Assembly: GCF_009914755.1 (NCBI RefSeq)
Contig: NC_060941.1
From: the human T2T-CHM13v2.0 reference genome, Homo sapiens
Length of the DNA stretch: 64,000 nucleotides
Strand: one strand, 5' to 3'
Numbering within the stretch: position 1 is the stretch's first letter; each line of letters starts with the position of its first letter. This document shows, piece by piece, positions 17,700 to 34,957 of the stretch. Position numbers and translations under genes: made by a program. The notes beneath the pieces are model-generated. The model ran no database searches and was not told where the DNA came from. It saw nothing but the letters and a program-made list of their open reading frames with translations.

Positions 17700-20281
17700 C
17701 TTTGTTTAAAAAGAAGAAAAAAAATGTATGGAGAGGAGTCATTACATATTATCATAAGTTTTTATTCCAGTATTATTTCCTTATACTTCTGAATTAACCT
17801 AGACAAACCTTCTTCAAAAATGAAGACCAACATCGAAAACAAATGTAACTTCTCAGAGGTTAAAAAAAATAACAGTTGCTCACTGTCTTAAAATTAGAGC
17901 CTTGAAAAGCAAATACTATTAGCACAATTCCTCTCTCTGAAGGATTTTTAACATGTTCCAATTTATAAAATAACTTCTAGGATAGAAGGTAGTCAAAAAA
18001 CAATCTAACTCAAGAAAGAAAAAGAAGTTATGCTGCACAGACCAACAATGTCCAAGCTCAGAAGAAAACAGACACAACCAAGGTTTTATGAGCCTAAAAG
18101 ATGTTCATTTATGAAACACTAAGAACCAACTACTATAGCTCCATGTTCTGTTTGTTGCTTCGGCACCCTAACCCAACATTGAGTCTTCTAGCAACACATT
18201 CAAAATTTAAAAACTTCTTCCAGCCCAAGTTTCAATCCAGTTTAAGTTACAGGATGGCCTTCAATTTCCCTAAAAGGGAGGAAGATCAACTGCAAAATAA
18301 TACAAAGTCGGACTCCAACTCACAGAGGTTAGTTGAAACTCATTTTTCCTATCACTGATCTATTACTTTTATTAAGTTTGATCAATCTGAACAGTCACTT
18401 GGCTATTAGGAAGTCATCTGAATAACTGAAAAACGGGTGGGGTTTTTTTGTTTTTGTTTTTTAATAGAGACGAGGTCTGGCTATGTAGCCCAGCTGGTCT
18501 GGAACTCCTGGGCTCAAGCCATCCTCCCACTTTGGCCTCCCAAAGTGCTGGGATTGCAGGAGTGAGCCACCACGCCCAGCCTGAGAAACTGTTCTACTGT
18601 CAAATTTCATGTCAACTTGAAAAAACTAGATTCCTGATGACTTACATCATCTCATAATCAATGCTCAACGTAGATCACACTTACAACTCAGTGTACATTA
18701 AGAACGAGGTGTTTACCAGGCTCACAATCAGTTAACATGTTGATGCTATTCATTAACATAATTCCTTAAGTTCAGCTGCATCAGGTTACAAAGGTACCTT
18801 CAATTAAGGACTGTCAAGGCAGAGTCTGCAGCCTTGAAAGAGACCTTAATTAGTTTTGAGCTAAACATTACAGCAGGATAAATACAACTGTTCTTTATAG
18901 TTTAACTGCAGAGGTACTAGGGCTAGAGCTGGCTGTGGTCTAGTGATTCTCTCTAATTCATTACTCCATAATGCCTGGCTCTTCAGGCAGTTTTCCTTTA
19001 CCCAAACGCTGGAAGCTCGGGAGGCGGTTGGCGGGGAGGGGGCGGGGGGGTGACATGCAGAAGTCCCTTATGTACTTCCTGAACAAAAATCCCACTTAAA
19101 AAGACCTGCAATCTGTAGCAAACTCCTAAACTGCTCCCCAGATAAAATAAAATCCAGATGCACCTGAGTTACCAGGCGCTGCACCTAAATTTTGCCAAAA
19201 TGCCTTTTCTATAGAACATACTTGACACGCAGAAACGAGTGTTAATTATCTTTCAAATGACAAAATAAAAACCATCTTTTCGATTTCTTTGAATGCCCAG
19301 AAATAAACAACTTGTTTATTTTTCACTTAAGAACAAAGTTTAATTTTAAAACTACTGTCAATAAAGAGCCGAGCCAATTATCTAACTCAACACTCATTCA
19401 TTGTCTCCATCTGTACAGGATCCACATGACTTTTAGGCCAGTCTTCTTACTACTACATTTCATCTAAATAGAAGCAGTGGTACTCCCTTCCTGCCAGCCC
19501 CCAGTTACTTAGCGAAAAGGAGAGTGGAACGTGTTGCACAGAAATCACACGCAAACATCCTACCTGACCGTGACACTGGGGCGAAAAAGCACAGATGCTA
19601 CATTTTCATGCTAACTGTATGGGTCCACTCTCTCCTGATTCCAGTACAGTCAACCTGACACTCCTCAAGTTTCATATTCTCGCCCAAAAGGAGGCTGTCA
19701 CCCTACGCCCTTGACAAGAAGTCTCGGGCAAAAAGTTCCCTTATTGCGACGGTTCCAGAACTCGCTTGCTTAGGAGACGGCCAAGGAAGCAGGGAGTTGG
19801 GAGCGCATGCGACCCCATGTGACTCGGGTCACCCAGCCAGGGTAGCGAGGTTCGGCCCACATCGCCCGAGCAGGGGATGGGGGTGAAGCGGCTAGGGCTG
19901 CTGTTGGTGTTCCTGCCTCATCCGCAGCGGGGAGGACAGGAGAGGTCTGCCCACACCCCGAGGCAGCACCCAGCTCGCCCCACTTCCCTCTCGCAGGGGG
20001 AGAGACCAGGACGCGGTGGGGGGTGGGGGAATGGCCGTGACGCCCACCGGGGAGACAAGCGGGAGAGCAGGGCGACCCCGAGCATCCTCTCGCCCTGGGG
20101 CGCGAGGGCACCCCGGGCGGGCAGGGCCAGTTGCCGGGGCGCGCCCCCTTCCCGCCAGCCCGCCCGCCGGGCCCGTTCCTTCGCCAGCGACACAGCGGAC
20201 CAGGGCGGTGCCCGGCCCCGCACCCGCCGCCGCCCCAGCCCCCCTGCCCTTAACCCCCGGCCCCCATTCCCGGCCCGGCAC
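17700..20281 (-). other. GNA13: GNA13 intron 1
   Basis: GT...AG boundaries between exons 1 and 2. Confidence 0.97.
18442..18581 (-). mobile_element. FLAM in intron 1
   Basis: Reverse left monomer. Confidence 0.85.
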
Positions 20282-20564
20282 CTTTGATCACGTTGCTGTA
20301 GATGGTGGGGCGGAACTCCTCGCGCGCGCGCTGGTCGAAGTCCTGCCCGTGGATGATCCGCATCTGCTTCAGGAAGGTGGACTTGCCGCTCTCGCCCGCG
20401 CCCAGCAGCAGGATCTTCACCAGCCGCTTCACATAGGTCTTTTCCCGAGACAGGCATTTGTCGATCTCCTTGGACTTGCGTTGCTGCTCGGCCTCGCCAC
20501 TCGTCAGCAGGCAGCCGGGGAAGCACACGGACAGCACGGACCGCGACGGCAGGAAGTCCGCCAT
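20282..20564 (-). CDS. GNA13: G-protein subunit alpha-13, coding exon 1 (aa 1-94 plus 1 nt)
   Basis: ATG at 20564 in AAGATGG context; translates [20 protein letters not shown]...[22 protein letters not shown]...YSNVIK with the G-alpha P-loop and Cys14/Cys18; GT donor at 20281-20280; 283 nt, phase 1. Confidence 0.99.
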
Positions 20565-20716
20565 CTTGCCGCCGCCGCCGCCTCGGCGGGCCCCTCCGGC
20601 TCCCTCCACCTCCTCCTCCGGCGGCGGGCGGCTCCGGCACCGAGGCTCGAGGGCGGGGAGCGCGGCGGCGGCCCGAGCGCGCCCAGGGAGGGAGGGAACC
20701 AGCGAACTGACTCGCA

Positions 20717-20780
20717 GGGCGGGCCGGGCAGGGCGGGCCAGGACAGCGGGGGAGGGAGGGAGGGAGGGAAGGAGGGCGGG
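20717..20780 (+). promoter_or_regulatory. G-quadruplex-forming G-tracts near the likely TSS
   Basis: GGGCGGGCCGGGCAGGGCGGG (20717-20737) and GGGGGAGGGAGGGAGGGAGGG (20748-20768). Confidence 0.7.
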
Positions 20781-21212
20781 CCCGGCCCCGGAGGGGCGGT
20801 GGCCCCGGAGCGTGCGCGCTCCCGCTGCCTCCCGGAGGCGCGCTCGCACGCCGCGGCCGCTTCTCCGCCTCCCGCCCTGGGCGGCGAGTCACGAGCTCGA
20901 TGTGTCGCTCGGGTGCCCGCGCCCGCAGCCGCGGCCGGGCGCGCGGGGAGGGCTGAGGAACCGCGGTCACGTGGGCCAGGCTGGGGAGCCCGACTTTCTG
21001 TTTCCCTTTCATGGCCTGAGCCCACTTGTGGGCAGAAGGGCTCCTTCCCCAAGGCCGGGAGGCCGGAGACCAGGTCCCGGACGCGGTTCTTTGGGCTCCC
21101 ACTTAGCCTCCCTTTCTCCCGCGTTGCGCGCCCGCTGCCCGCTGTCACCGCCCACCCGACCCATTTCGAGGCCACGGACTCGAAAGTTATTCGAACAGAA
21201 CAGCCGGCGTGA

Positions 21213-21566
<354 letters not shown>

Positions 21567-22889
21567 TAAAGTGACTCCCTTGACCTTCTAGTCTCCGAAT
21601 CCCAGAACGGTAACCAGACGTCGTCCACCCCCACTTCCAGCTCTTTCTGGCATTTTCAGACCCCTACCAGGGCTCTCTGTGAGGGGAAAGAACTGGAGTT
21701 GATGTTCACTTGAGACGTGCTACCAGGGGCATTTAATGGCTCACTCATGTGCATTCCACCTGGGCTGTGATGTGACTTCAGGGACGCTTGGCCGCGCCGG
21801 AATTAGCGAGTGGCAGCAGGAGGGTGAGGTCATGGTGAAAATCCCCTACACCGGACACTGTGATGTAGGCTCTTCCCAACAAGGAAGCAGATACACAAAC
21901 ACAACGAGGAATGGGAGCACGCAAATTTTAGCTTTCCTGCCAGATTACAGAGGATATGACCCGTCCAGGGACTTTTTTTCTGTCCTAACAGCAGATTCAG
22001 GCCAGGACACCTGAAAGGAGGCCAGGAGACAAGCCACAAGTGACAGCTGTGGGTTGGCAGAGAAACTGCTTAACCGGGACCCCCGAGAGCCGACCTCTTC
22101 ATTCTTAGTATTTAGTTTCAAGTGGAAAAAGCCACTTTGGTCTGTCCCTGTTTTGGGCAATGCAACGTAGCTTTGGGCTCCTGTGGCTCAGAAACTTCGT
22201 ATGTATAAGGGAGCGGAGGTAAGAGGTCAGCATTCCAAGAAACTCCCGAACAGGTTTAAATTTTAAAATCGGTACTAATCAGTTACTCCCTGGGGTTGGG
22301 TTAATGACCGAGAAGCCTCGACTCAGTAGATTGGCTGCAGTAAACAATGCCTGTAGTAGGATTATCTCCTGTGGCTCTGGCAAGCCCAGAGGGTGGACAA
22401 CCTACAATATACAAGTAGAGTAGGCTCACCTCCAATATCTGTGGATTGATAAGAGTCAGAATCACTGAGCAGTGCTGTCAGGCAAAATATATGGTAAAAG
22501 CCTGCCCTGGATGGAGAATTTTTCCATCATCTCATCTAGTGTTTGGGAGGCCCTGTTCTCTAACCATGCAAGGACTCGCCTCTCCCAGGATTGGGGCATA
22601 GAACCTGTCCCCGAGCACTGTTTCTGCATTGACCCCAGGTGCTAATCTGAACTCCAACAAAGAGGAGAGAAACTTGTAAGTTAGGTAGTTAACATCTTTT
22701 TTCAGAAGTGTGTGTAATATAATGGAAAACCAAGAATGCCTAGGAGGCAGGAAGGTATTCCTGCCCAGCCAGTTCATGTCGTGACATGCAGAGCAGCAGA
22801 GAAAGCTGTTTAAAGCCCTGCGTGTAAGCTTGCCTTGGAACAAACTTGGCTCACATCAAGTCTGGCTGTTCTAGTCAGTGTAGTTTTTA

Positions 22890-23324
<435 letters not shown>

Positions 23325-23409
23325 CTAGGGGTTTGGCTGCAGCTGTCCAGCTTCTTCTAACTGGTGATCAAGACACCTTGTAAATTGTAAACATAAAAAT
23401 GAGTTAGAG

Positions 23410-24975
<1,566 letters not shown>

Positions 24976-25030
24976 AATTGGGGAAAAAAATCTATATTAT
25001 ATATTTGTAATATATATAATATAAATATAT

Positions 25031-25448
<418 letters not shown>

Positions 25449-26109
25449 AGAAAAATATTTTCTTTAAAAAGTCATTGGCATCATTTAAGGTTGAAGTGCT
25501 CACAGTGTGCAACATTCAAAGAATGCAAATGCCATTGTGTTTATTTCAAAATAATACTAACAATTGAAATTCTTTGCAACAGAAGGAAATCTAGCCATTG
25601 CTTCAGGTTATACATTGCAATCGTATTAATGATATTTTCATTTTCAGATACATTGTTTTATAACTGAAAAAAATCCAAACTTTTTAAGGGAGTATAAAGT
25701 CTACTAGTTAGAATTGAATCTGCTGGATGCTCTATTTCCAACAGACCCAGATGTTAACTCACTGGAAGCGTCTGTATTGTTGCCAGCCAGTTAATCCATA
25801 TGCAAATAGATTCAGATGCCCTGTGGAGCTGTGATAAAATAATTGCAGCTGTTGATTAGTTGCAATGTTCGTTTCTTTCTGGAAACTCAGTTCAGTGTCC
25901 GTCTTGCAAGATAAATAATTAAAGGTGTGATTAAAAACGAAATACATTTCCAAATAGCTTTTCTCCTCTTGTCACCTTAGAAAGAAACAAGCTCTTTCCA
26001 ACAATACTGCCAGTCTTGAAATCTATTTCTAACTCTTCTGGAAAGATAGGCTTCTTATAGTTACAGTTTATTTTCAATGAAAAAAAAAGGTCTTACTTAG
26101 CTTATTTGC

Positions 26110-26382
26110 CAATCTTTGTGCCAAATAACTTTGGGCTGTTTACAAAAATCAGAATCATCCACAAAGGACAAAAAATGTGTCACCCTCAGACATGTTCAGA
26201 AGAATGTGCCAAAGGCTCTAGGAACAGTTCCAAAAGAGGTGTTAAAAATTTTTTTTTGATGGGAAATATAATTTAAATAAGTGTTTCCCCTGCCAAGGTG
26301 ACTACTTACTACTCAGGATGAGACAACGCCCATTTAGATGTTTATTTAAAAATCTGTCACATTACTTGATGGTTAAACCTTG
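26110..26382 (+). mobile_element. MARNA-like ancient mariner fragment
   Basis: TTCCAAAAGAGG...AATAAGTGT...CCAAGGTGACTACTT...AAAATCTGTCACATTACTT. Confidence 0.6.
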
Positions 26383-26730
26383 TGTTAATCCAGCCTTCTT
26401 ATTACGAAACTCTCTTTTGTCTCACCATCAGTACAAAATAGGTGGATTCTAACCCTTCCTTACAGATAAAACAGGCGTAGACTTTTCTTACCTTCCATAG
26501 GGAAAGGAAGGGAATTCCCAAGCCCTCCCAAAATACAAATCCCTTGCATTTGTGTCATGTTTTAAATGCCTCAAAGCACTTTGACCTACTTTATCTCATT
26601 CTCTGCTCACAGTAGCCCGACTAGGAACACCCAACATTAACCTCGCTCCCATTTAGCAAATGACTCTCTGAAAGCCTCATTCACTGTGGCCAGTTGCAGA
26701 GCTGGAACTGGAAGCTGCTTAGTCCAGTGC

Positions 26731-27225
<495 letters not shown>

Positions 27226-27508
27226 TGAGACAAGTAGCTAACTGGACTTAACCTCCAGGCACCATAGAGTTCAGTACTTTATTATTTTTCCAGCCCCTTT
27301 CAGGCTGACTGCCATCTTGAAGTTCCCCAGCTCAGACAGATCCTGGTAAGATGTTCTGTACTTTGAACTCAGGCTCTGGTTTGTAAAATATTCCAGGTGG
27401 CTGATGGAGAAATAAGAAAAGAGGAGCCAAGCTTGTTTGTTTGTTTATTTGTATGATGCACAAGCCCCACACATTTTTCACTTACCGTAGGAAGATTTAA
27501 AAAGAAAC

Positions 27509-27514
<6 letters not shown>

Positions 27515-27554
<40 letters not shown>
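27515..27554 (+). repeat. (GT)20 microsatellite
   Basis: Perfect GT repeat. Confidence 0.98.
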
Positions 27555-27557
<3 letters not shown>

Positions 27558-28044
27558 GAAATTTGATGTTGCCTTTACGAGAATAAGCCTCTCATGTGGA
27601 AAATTTTGTATGAAACTAGACATGTGGAATCAAATTGGTGGTGGTTTTGTTTGTTGTTGTTAATAACCGAAAACATGACTTTAATTATTGGTTGTATTTT
27701 TTCTCAGCCTCCAAAAAAGACCTATGGGCTGCTGTTGACCAGCTGAGACCTCAGCTCCTCCAAAGTCAGAAGCTGGTACTGTCTTAAAGGCACACTGGCA
27801 CTCCTAAAATCCTTCCACCTTGCTTACTGCGTCAGATAGGTTTAAGGGCAATCTGTATGTAACACTCATCACAAGGCTTTGCCTGTAAATCTGAGATTCG
27901 GAAAAACTCAAAACATCGTGCTCACCCCTTCTCCTTTATTTTTACTTACAGCTTTTAAAGCAGAAGGATACATTTTTAGTATTTTATTGCCTGTCAATGC
28001 TCTGCGCCTTGCCAGAAACGGATAACGATAATTTTAAATTATTT

Positions 28045-30784
<2,740 letters not shown>

Positions 30785-31631
30785 TGGGCTTTGTATTCTA
30801 ATCTGGAAACTGGACATCATAATTTCAGAGGGTTTTGTAGGGGTTATATAAAAGAGCAGGCTATCCATGTTACCATGTTTTCTTCTATCAAAGTGCTTAT
30901 TGTCCAGTTGATGGACTGGTATCTATGCCATCAAGGTCATGGGCAATGGGGGGTGCCTCATGGGCATGAATGTGGATGAGTCAGCCCGCACGCCCTCAGG
31001 CTTAGGATGGGTACATCAGTGGTGCAGTCCTCCCTCAGCACAGCCCTACACCCAGACCTTGGCCCACTTGAATGAATAGCCTTGTAGTCCCCGGTACCTA
31101 GGGTTTGGTCTGAGGGGAAGTACAGGCTCTGGTAAGTCCCTTGGCATTGCTCCATGTGTAGGGGTAGCACCAGGCGAGGACCAGAGCAGGATCCTCTAAA
31201 GCACAGGCGGGCAGGGGCCTCTGTTGCCTGGAGCTAAGAGTGGTACTGGCTGGGAAGACATACTGCAATAGCATCTAAATTGCCCCTGTTTGTCAAGGGC
31301 TGAACTAGACCTCCAAGTTCCAAGACTCTCGAAATGGATCCCAATAGGGACACTGAATGCTCGGCTGAAACACTGCATTGGATTCATGCAGTAGCCAGAG
31401 CTTGGCAGGGGACTGTCTGTGCCCTTCCCGTGGGAGCCTGCTGAGGCTCCTGTTGTCACTCTCCTTCTCAAGACTACCCGGGGCAAGAACCCAAAGGGCA
31501 CTTTATAGAACAGCAGATACAAAATGCATTTTGGACTATCCCTCAGTTATTCTGTTACCCTGGATTTCTGCTAAGGGAAGAAAGTTACCCTCAAGGAATT
31601 AAACACACTTCAAGAGGAGGTGAGAGTTCTA

Positions 31632-32066
<435 letters not shown>

Positions 32067-32444
32067 CTACTTCCTTAGATGGTTTTCTAAGGATCACAGA
32101 TCCACAGAGACTGTGGGCTAATTTGTTACAACAATTAAGGAATTGGGAAAAGGGATGCTATTTAATTCCTCTTGGGACAAACACTCTTCACCCAATAGAC
32201 TCACCAAGGAGAGCAAAATGAGTTCTGATGGAAAATCTAAACAAACTACATACTTAACAATTTTATGTCTTGTTTCCTGAAAGATTTGACCCTCAATGGT
32301 CCTATTCTTAATTACTTAATCATTGACATAAATGAGGGAACAAATAATAGTAGTGATCACTTTATCAATAGGCAGAAACGATGAAGTATTTCTACAATGC
32401 CTTTGCCTCCATCCCTCAACCTAGTCTTCTCTTAACATAACAGC

Positions 32445-32526
32445 ATTTTCCTTTTCCTTTCCTTTCCTTTCCTTTCCTTTCCTTTCCTTTCCTTTCCTTT
32501 CCTTCCTCCTTCCCTCCCTCCCTTCC

Positions 32527-32557
<31 letters not shown>

Positions 32558-32740
32558 TCCTTCCTTCCTTCCTTCCTTCTTTCTGCAGTGGCACGATCTT
32601 GGGCTCACTGCAACCTCCACCTCCCAGGTTCAAGTGATTCTTGTGCCTCAGCCTCAGGGATTACAGGCACCCACCATCACGCCTGGCTAATTTTTGTATT
32701 TTTAGTAGAGACGGGGTTTCACCATGTTGGCCAGGCTGGT
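32445..32740 (-). mobile_element. Truncated Alu whose tail became a (CCTTT)n/(CT)n/(CCTT)n polypyrimidine tract
   Basis: TSD ATAACAGCATTTTC on both sides. Confidence 0.85.
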
Positions 32741-33169
32741 CAGAATAACAGCATTTTCTTCGGATTTTTTTTTTTTTTTTGACAAATTACTGTCTTGGTT
32801 AATTTTATGTCCATCCCAACAGTGCCAGCTGTTTTTCGAGTTTTACCAGCAGTGGTAGAAAACACACAAAGTTCTCCTTGTTTTTGGTTTCCAGTTCATC
32901 TTGCCCCCTCTCCCATCCTTTCCTTCCTCCCCCTCCCTCCCAGCCCTTCCATCCCTAGTCTCCTTTCCCAGGCTGCTCAAGATACCTTGCCTCTGAGGTT
33001 CTACAGCATCCTCGCTTCTTTCCATCACAGCACTTGTCACCCTAGATTGTAATTGTCCCCTTCCTTGCCTACCACACCAGAATATGGGTTCTTTGAAGAA
33101 AGGGACACAGCTAACTTATTCTGTATCTTCAGCACCTAGCATGGCATATAATAAAGGCCCAATAGTGTT

Positions 33170-33912
33170 TTTTAAAATTTTTTACTTTTTTAGAGACTGC
33201 ATCTCGTTCTGTCACCCAGGCTGGAGTGCAGCAGCACGATCACAGTTCACTGCAGCCTTGAACTCCTGGGCTCAAGTGATCCTTGTGCCTCAGCCTCATC
33301 ACAGCTCACTGCAGCCTCGAACTCCTGGGCTCAAGTGATCCTCCTGCCTCAGCCTCCCAAGTAGCTGGAATTACAGTTGTGCACCACCATGCCTGGCTAA
33401 GTTTTAAATTTTTTGTAGAGATGAGGTCTTGCTGTGTTGCCTAAGCTCGAGTGCAGTGGTATGATCACAGCCAGCTAATTTAATTTTTTTTTTGTTTTTT
33501 TTTTTTGAGACGGAGTATTGCTCTGTTGCCCAGGCTGGAGTGTAGTGGCATGATCTGCAAGCTCTGCCTCCCGGGTTCATGCCATTCTCCTGCCTCAACC
33601 TCCGGAGTAGCTGGGACTACAGGCACCCGCCACCAGGCCCGGCTAATTTTTTTTGTATTTTTAGTAGAGACGGGGTTTCACCGTGTTAGCCAGGATGGCC
33701 TCGATCTACTGAACTTGTGATCCACCCGCCTCAGCCTTCCAAAGTGCTGGGATTACAGGTGTGAGCCACCGTGCCTGGCTAAAAAAAATTTTTTTAGAGA
33801 TGGGGTCTTGCTGTGTTGCCCAGGCTCATCTTGAACTCCTGGCCTCAAGCGATTTACCTACCTCAGCCTTCCGAAGCACTGGGATTACAGAAGTGAGCCA
33901 CCACACCTGGGC
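33170..33912 (-). mobile_element. Rearranged AluJ with nested AluY-like element (33485-33779)
   Basis: AluJ arms either side; AluY diagnostics (CCGTGTTAGCCAGGATGG). Confidence 0.85.
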
Positions 33913-34131
33913 AAGACGCAATAATTGAGCATAATTTAAGTGAGTATGCACCATCTCCAGGCAACCACCCTTCTTCCTGCATTTCTGAGGGTTGGGAGCT
34001 GGATTTGCTGTCCACCAGAATGATAGGGAACTATGCAATGGCTAGAAAAGAGACTTTTGGCTCATCTCTACTGGTTAGAACCAGAGTCCTGGGTCTTACT
34101 GCATACTATGCTACCTAGAAATGGGTAAATA

Positions 34132-34353
34132 GGCCAGGTGCGGTGGCTCACGCCTGTAATCCCAGCACTTTGGGAGGCCAAGGAGGGCAGATCACGAGAT
34201 CAAGAGATCAAGACCATCCTGGCCAACATGGGGAAACCCTGTCTCTACTAAAAATACAAAAATTAGCTGGCTGTGGTGGCGCACGCCTGTAGTCCCAGCT
34301 ACTCGGGAGGCTGAAGCAGGAGAATTGCTTGAACCCAGGAGGGGGAGGTTGCA
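34132..34353 (+). mobile_element. AluSc, 3'-truncated
   Basis: GATCAAGAGATCAAGACCATCCTGGCC; stops at GAGGTTGCA. Confidence 0.85.
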
Positions 34354-34589
34354 CATAATACCACATTGTGGGCTATTAAGTGGATCTAATTAAGGATGTA
34401 TCTATGTTGGGGTGGGGATGGAAGATTGGGGCACAACAGCATACAACAGACATCAGTCTAGTAGCCTCCTCACAGATGGGTGAGTAGGACAGTCACGTTT
34501 CCCTGTGTAGGCCAGGGTAAATTAGAACTTCAGCCATCAATATCAACAGCAGATACTTCATGGATTCCCACTCCCATTAGATGTGAGCT

Positions 34590-34800
34590 GGGGTCAGAAA
34601 GAAGTCGGCTGGCATTTTCAAATCCCAGCTCTGGCACCTCGTGCATCTATCGGTTCCTGGTCATGACCCACCTAAGTTCTTTGAGCATCAATTACCTTAT
34701 CTGAAAAATGGAGCTAATTATGCCCACACGTCAGGGTTGCTGAAAGGGTTAAGTATGATAACATAAGCACCTAGCAAAGTGCCTGGCCCATAACAGGAGT
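34590..34800. mobile_element. MIR
   Basis: AAATCCCAGCTCTGGCAC...TTATCTGAAAAATGGAG...AAGTGCCTGGC. Confidence 0.7.
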
Positions 34801-34957
34801 CCAGAAATAGTAGCCTTTGCTGCTAGGTATTGGAGATAAAAAATGGTAACAATGAAGTCATTATATACATACAAAGATTTTAAAAACCAACACAAAGTTG
34901 CATATACCGAGTTTTAAAGAAGGTGTGCTGATCATTGCTTCAGGAATGCAGAGACCA

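Larger units (their letters stand above)
19780..21210. promoter_or_regulatory. GNA13: CpG island / GNA13 promoter and 5'UTR
   Basis: Very GC- and CpG-rich; GC boxes; E-box CACGTG 20968-20973 (GTCACGTGG); YY1-type CCGCCATCTT over the start codon; no TATA seen; exact TSS not determinable. Confidence 0.93.

Noticed and set aside
20568-20582. (GGC)5 repeat in the 5'UTR as an expansion-prone locus
   Set aside because: Too short; common in GC-rich UTRs
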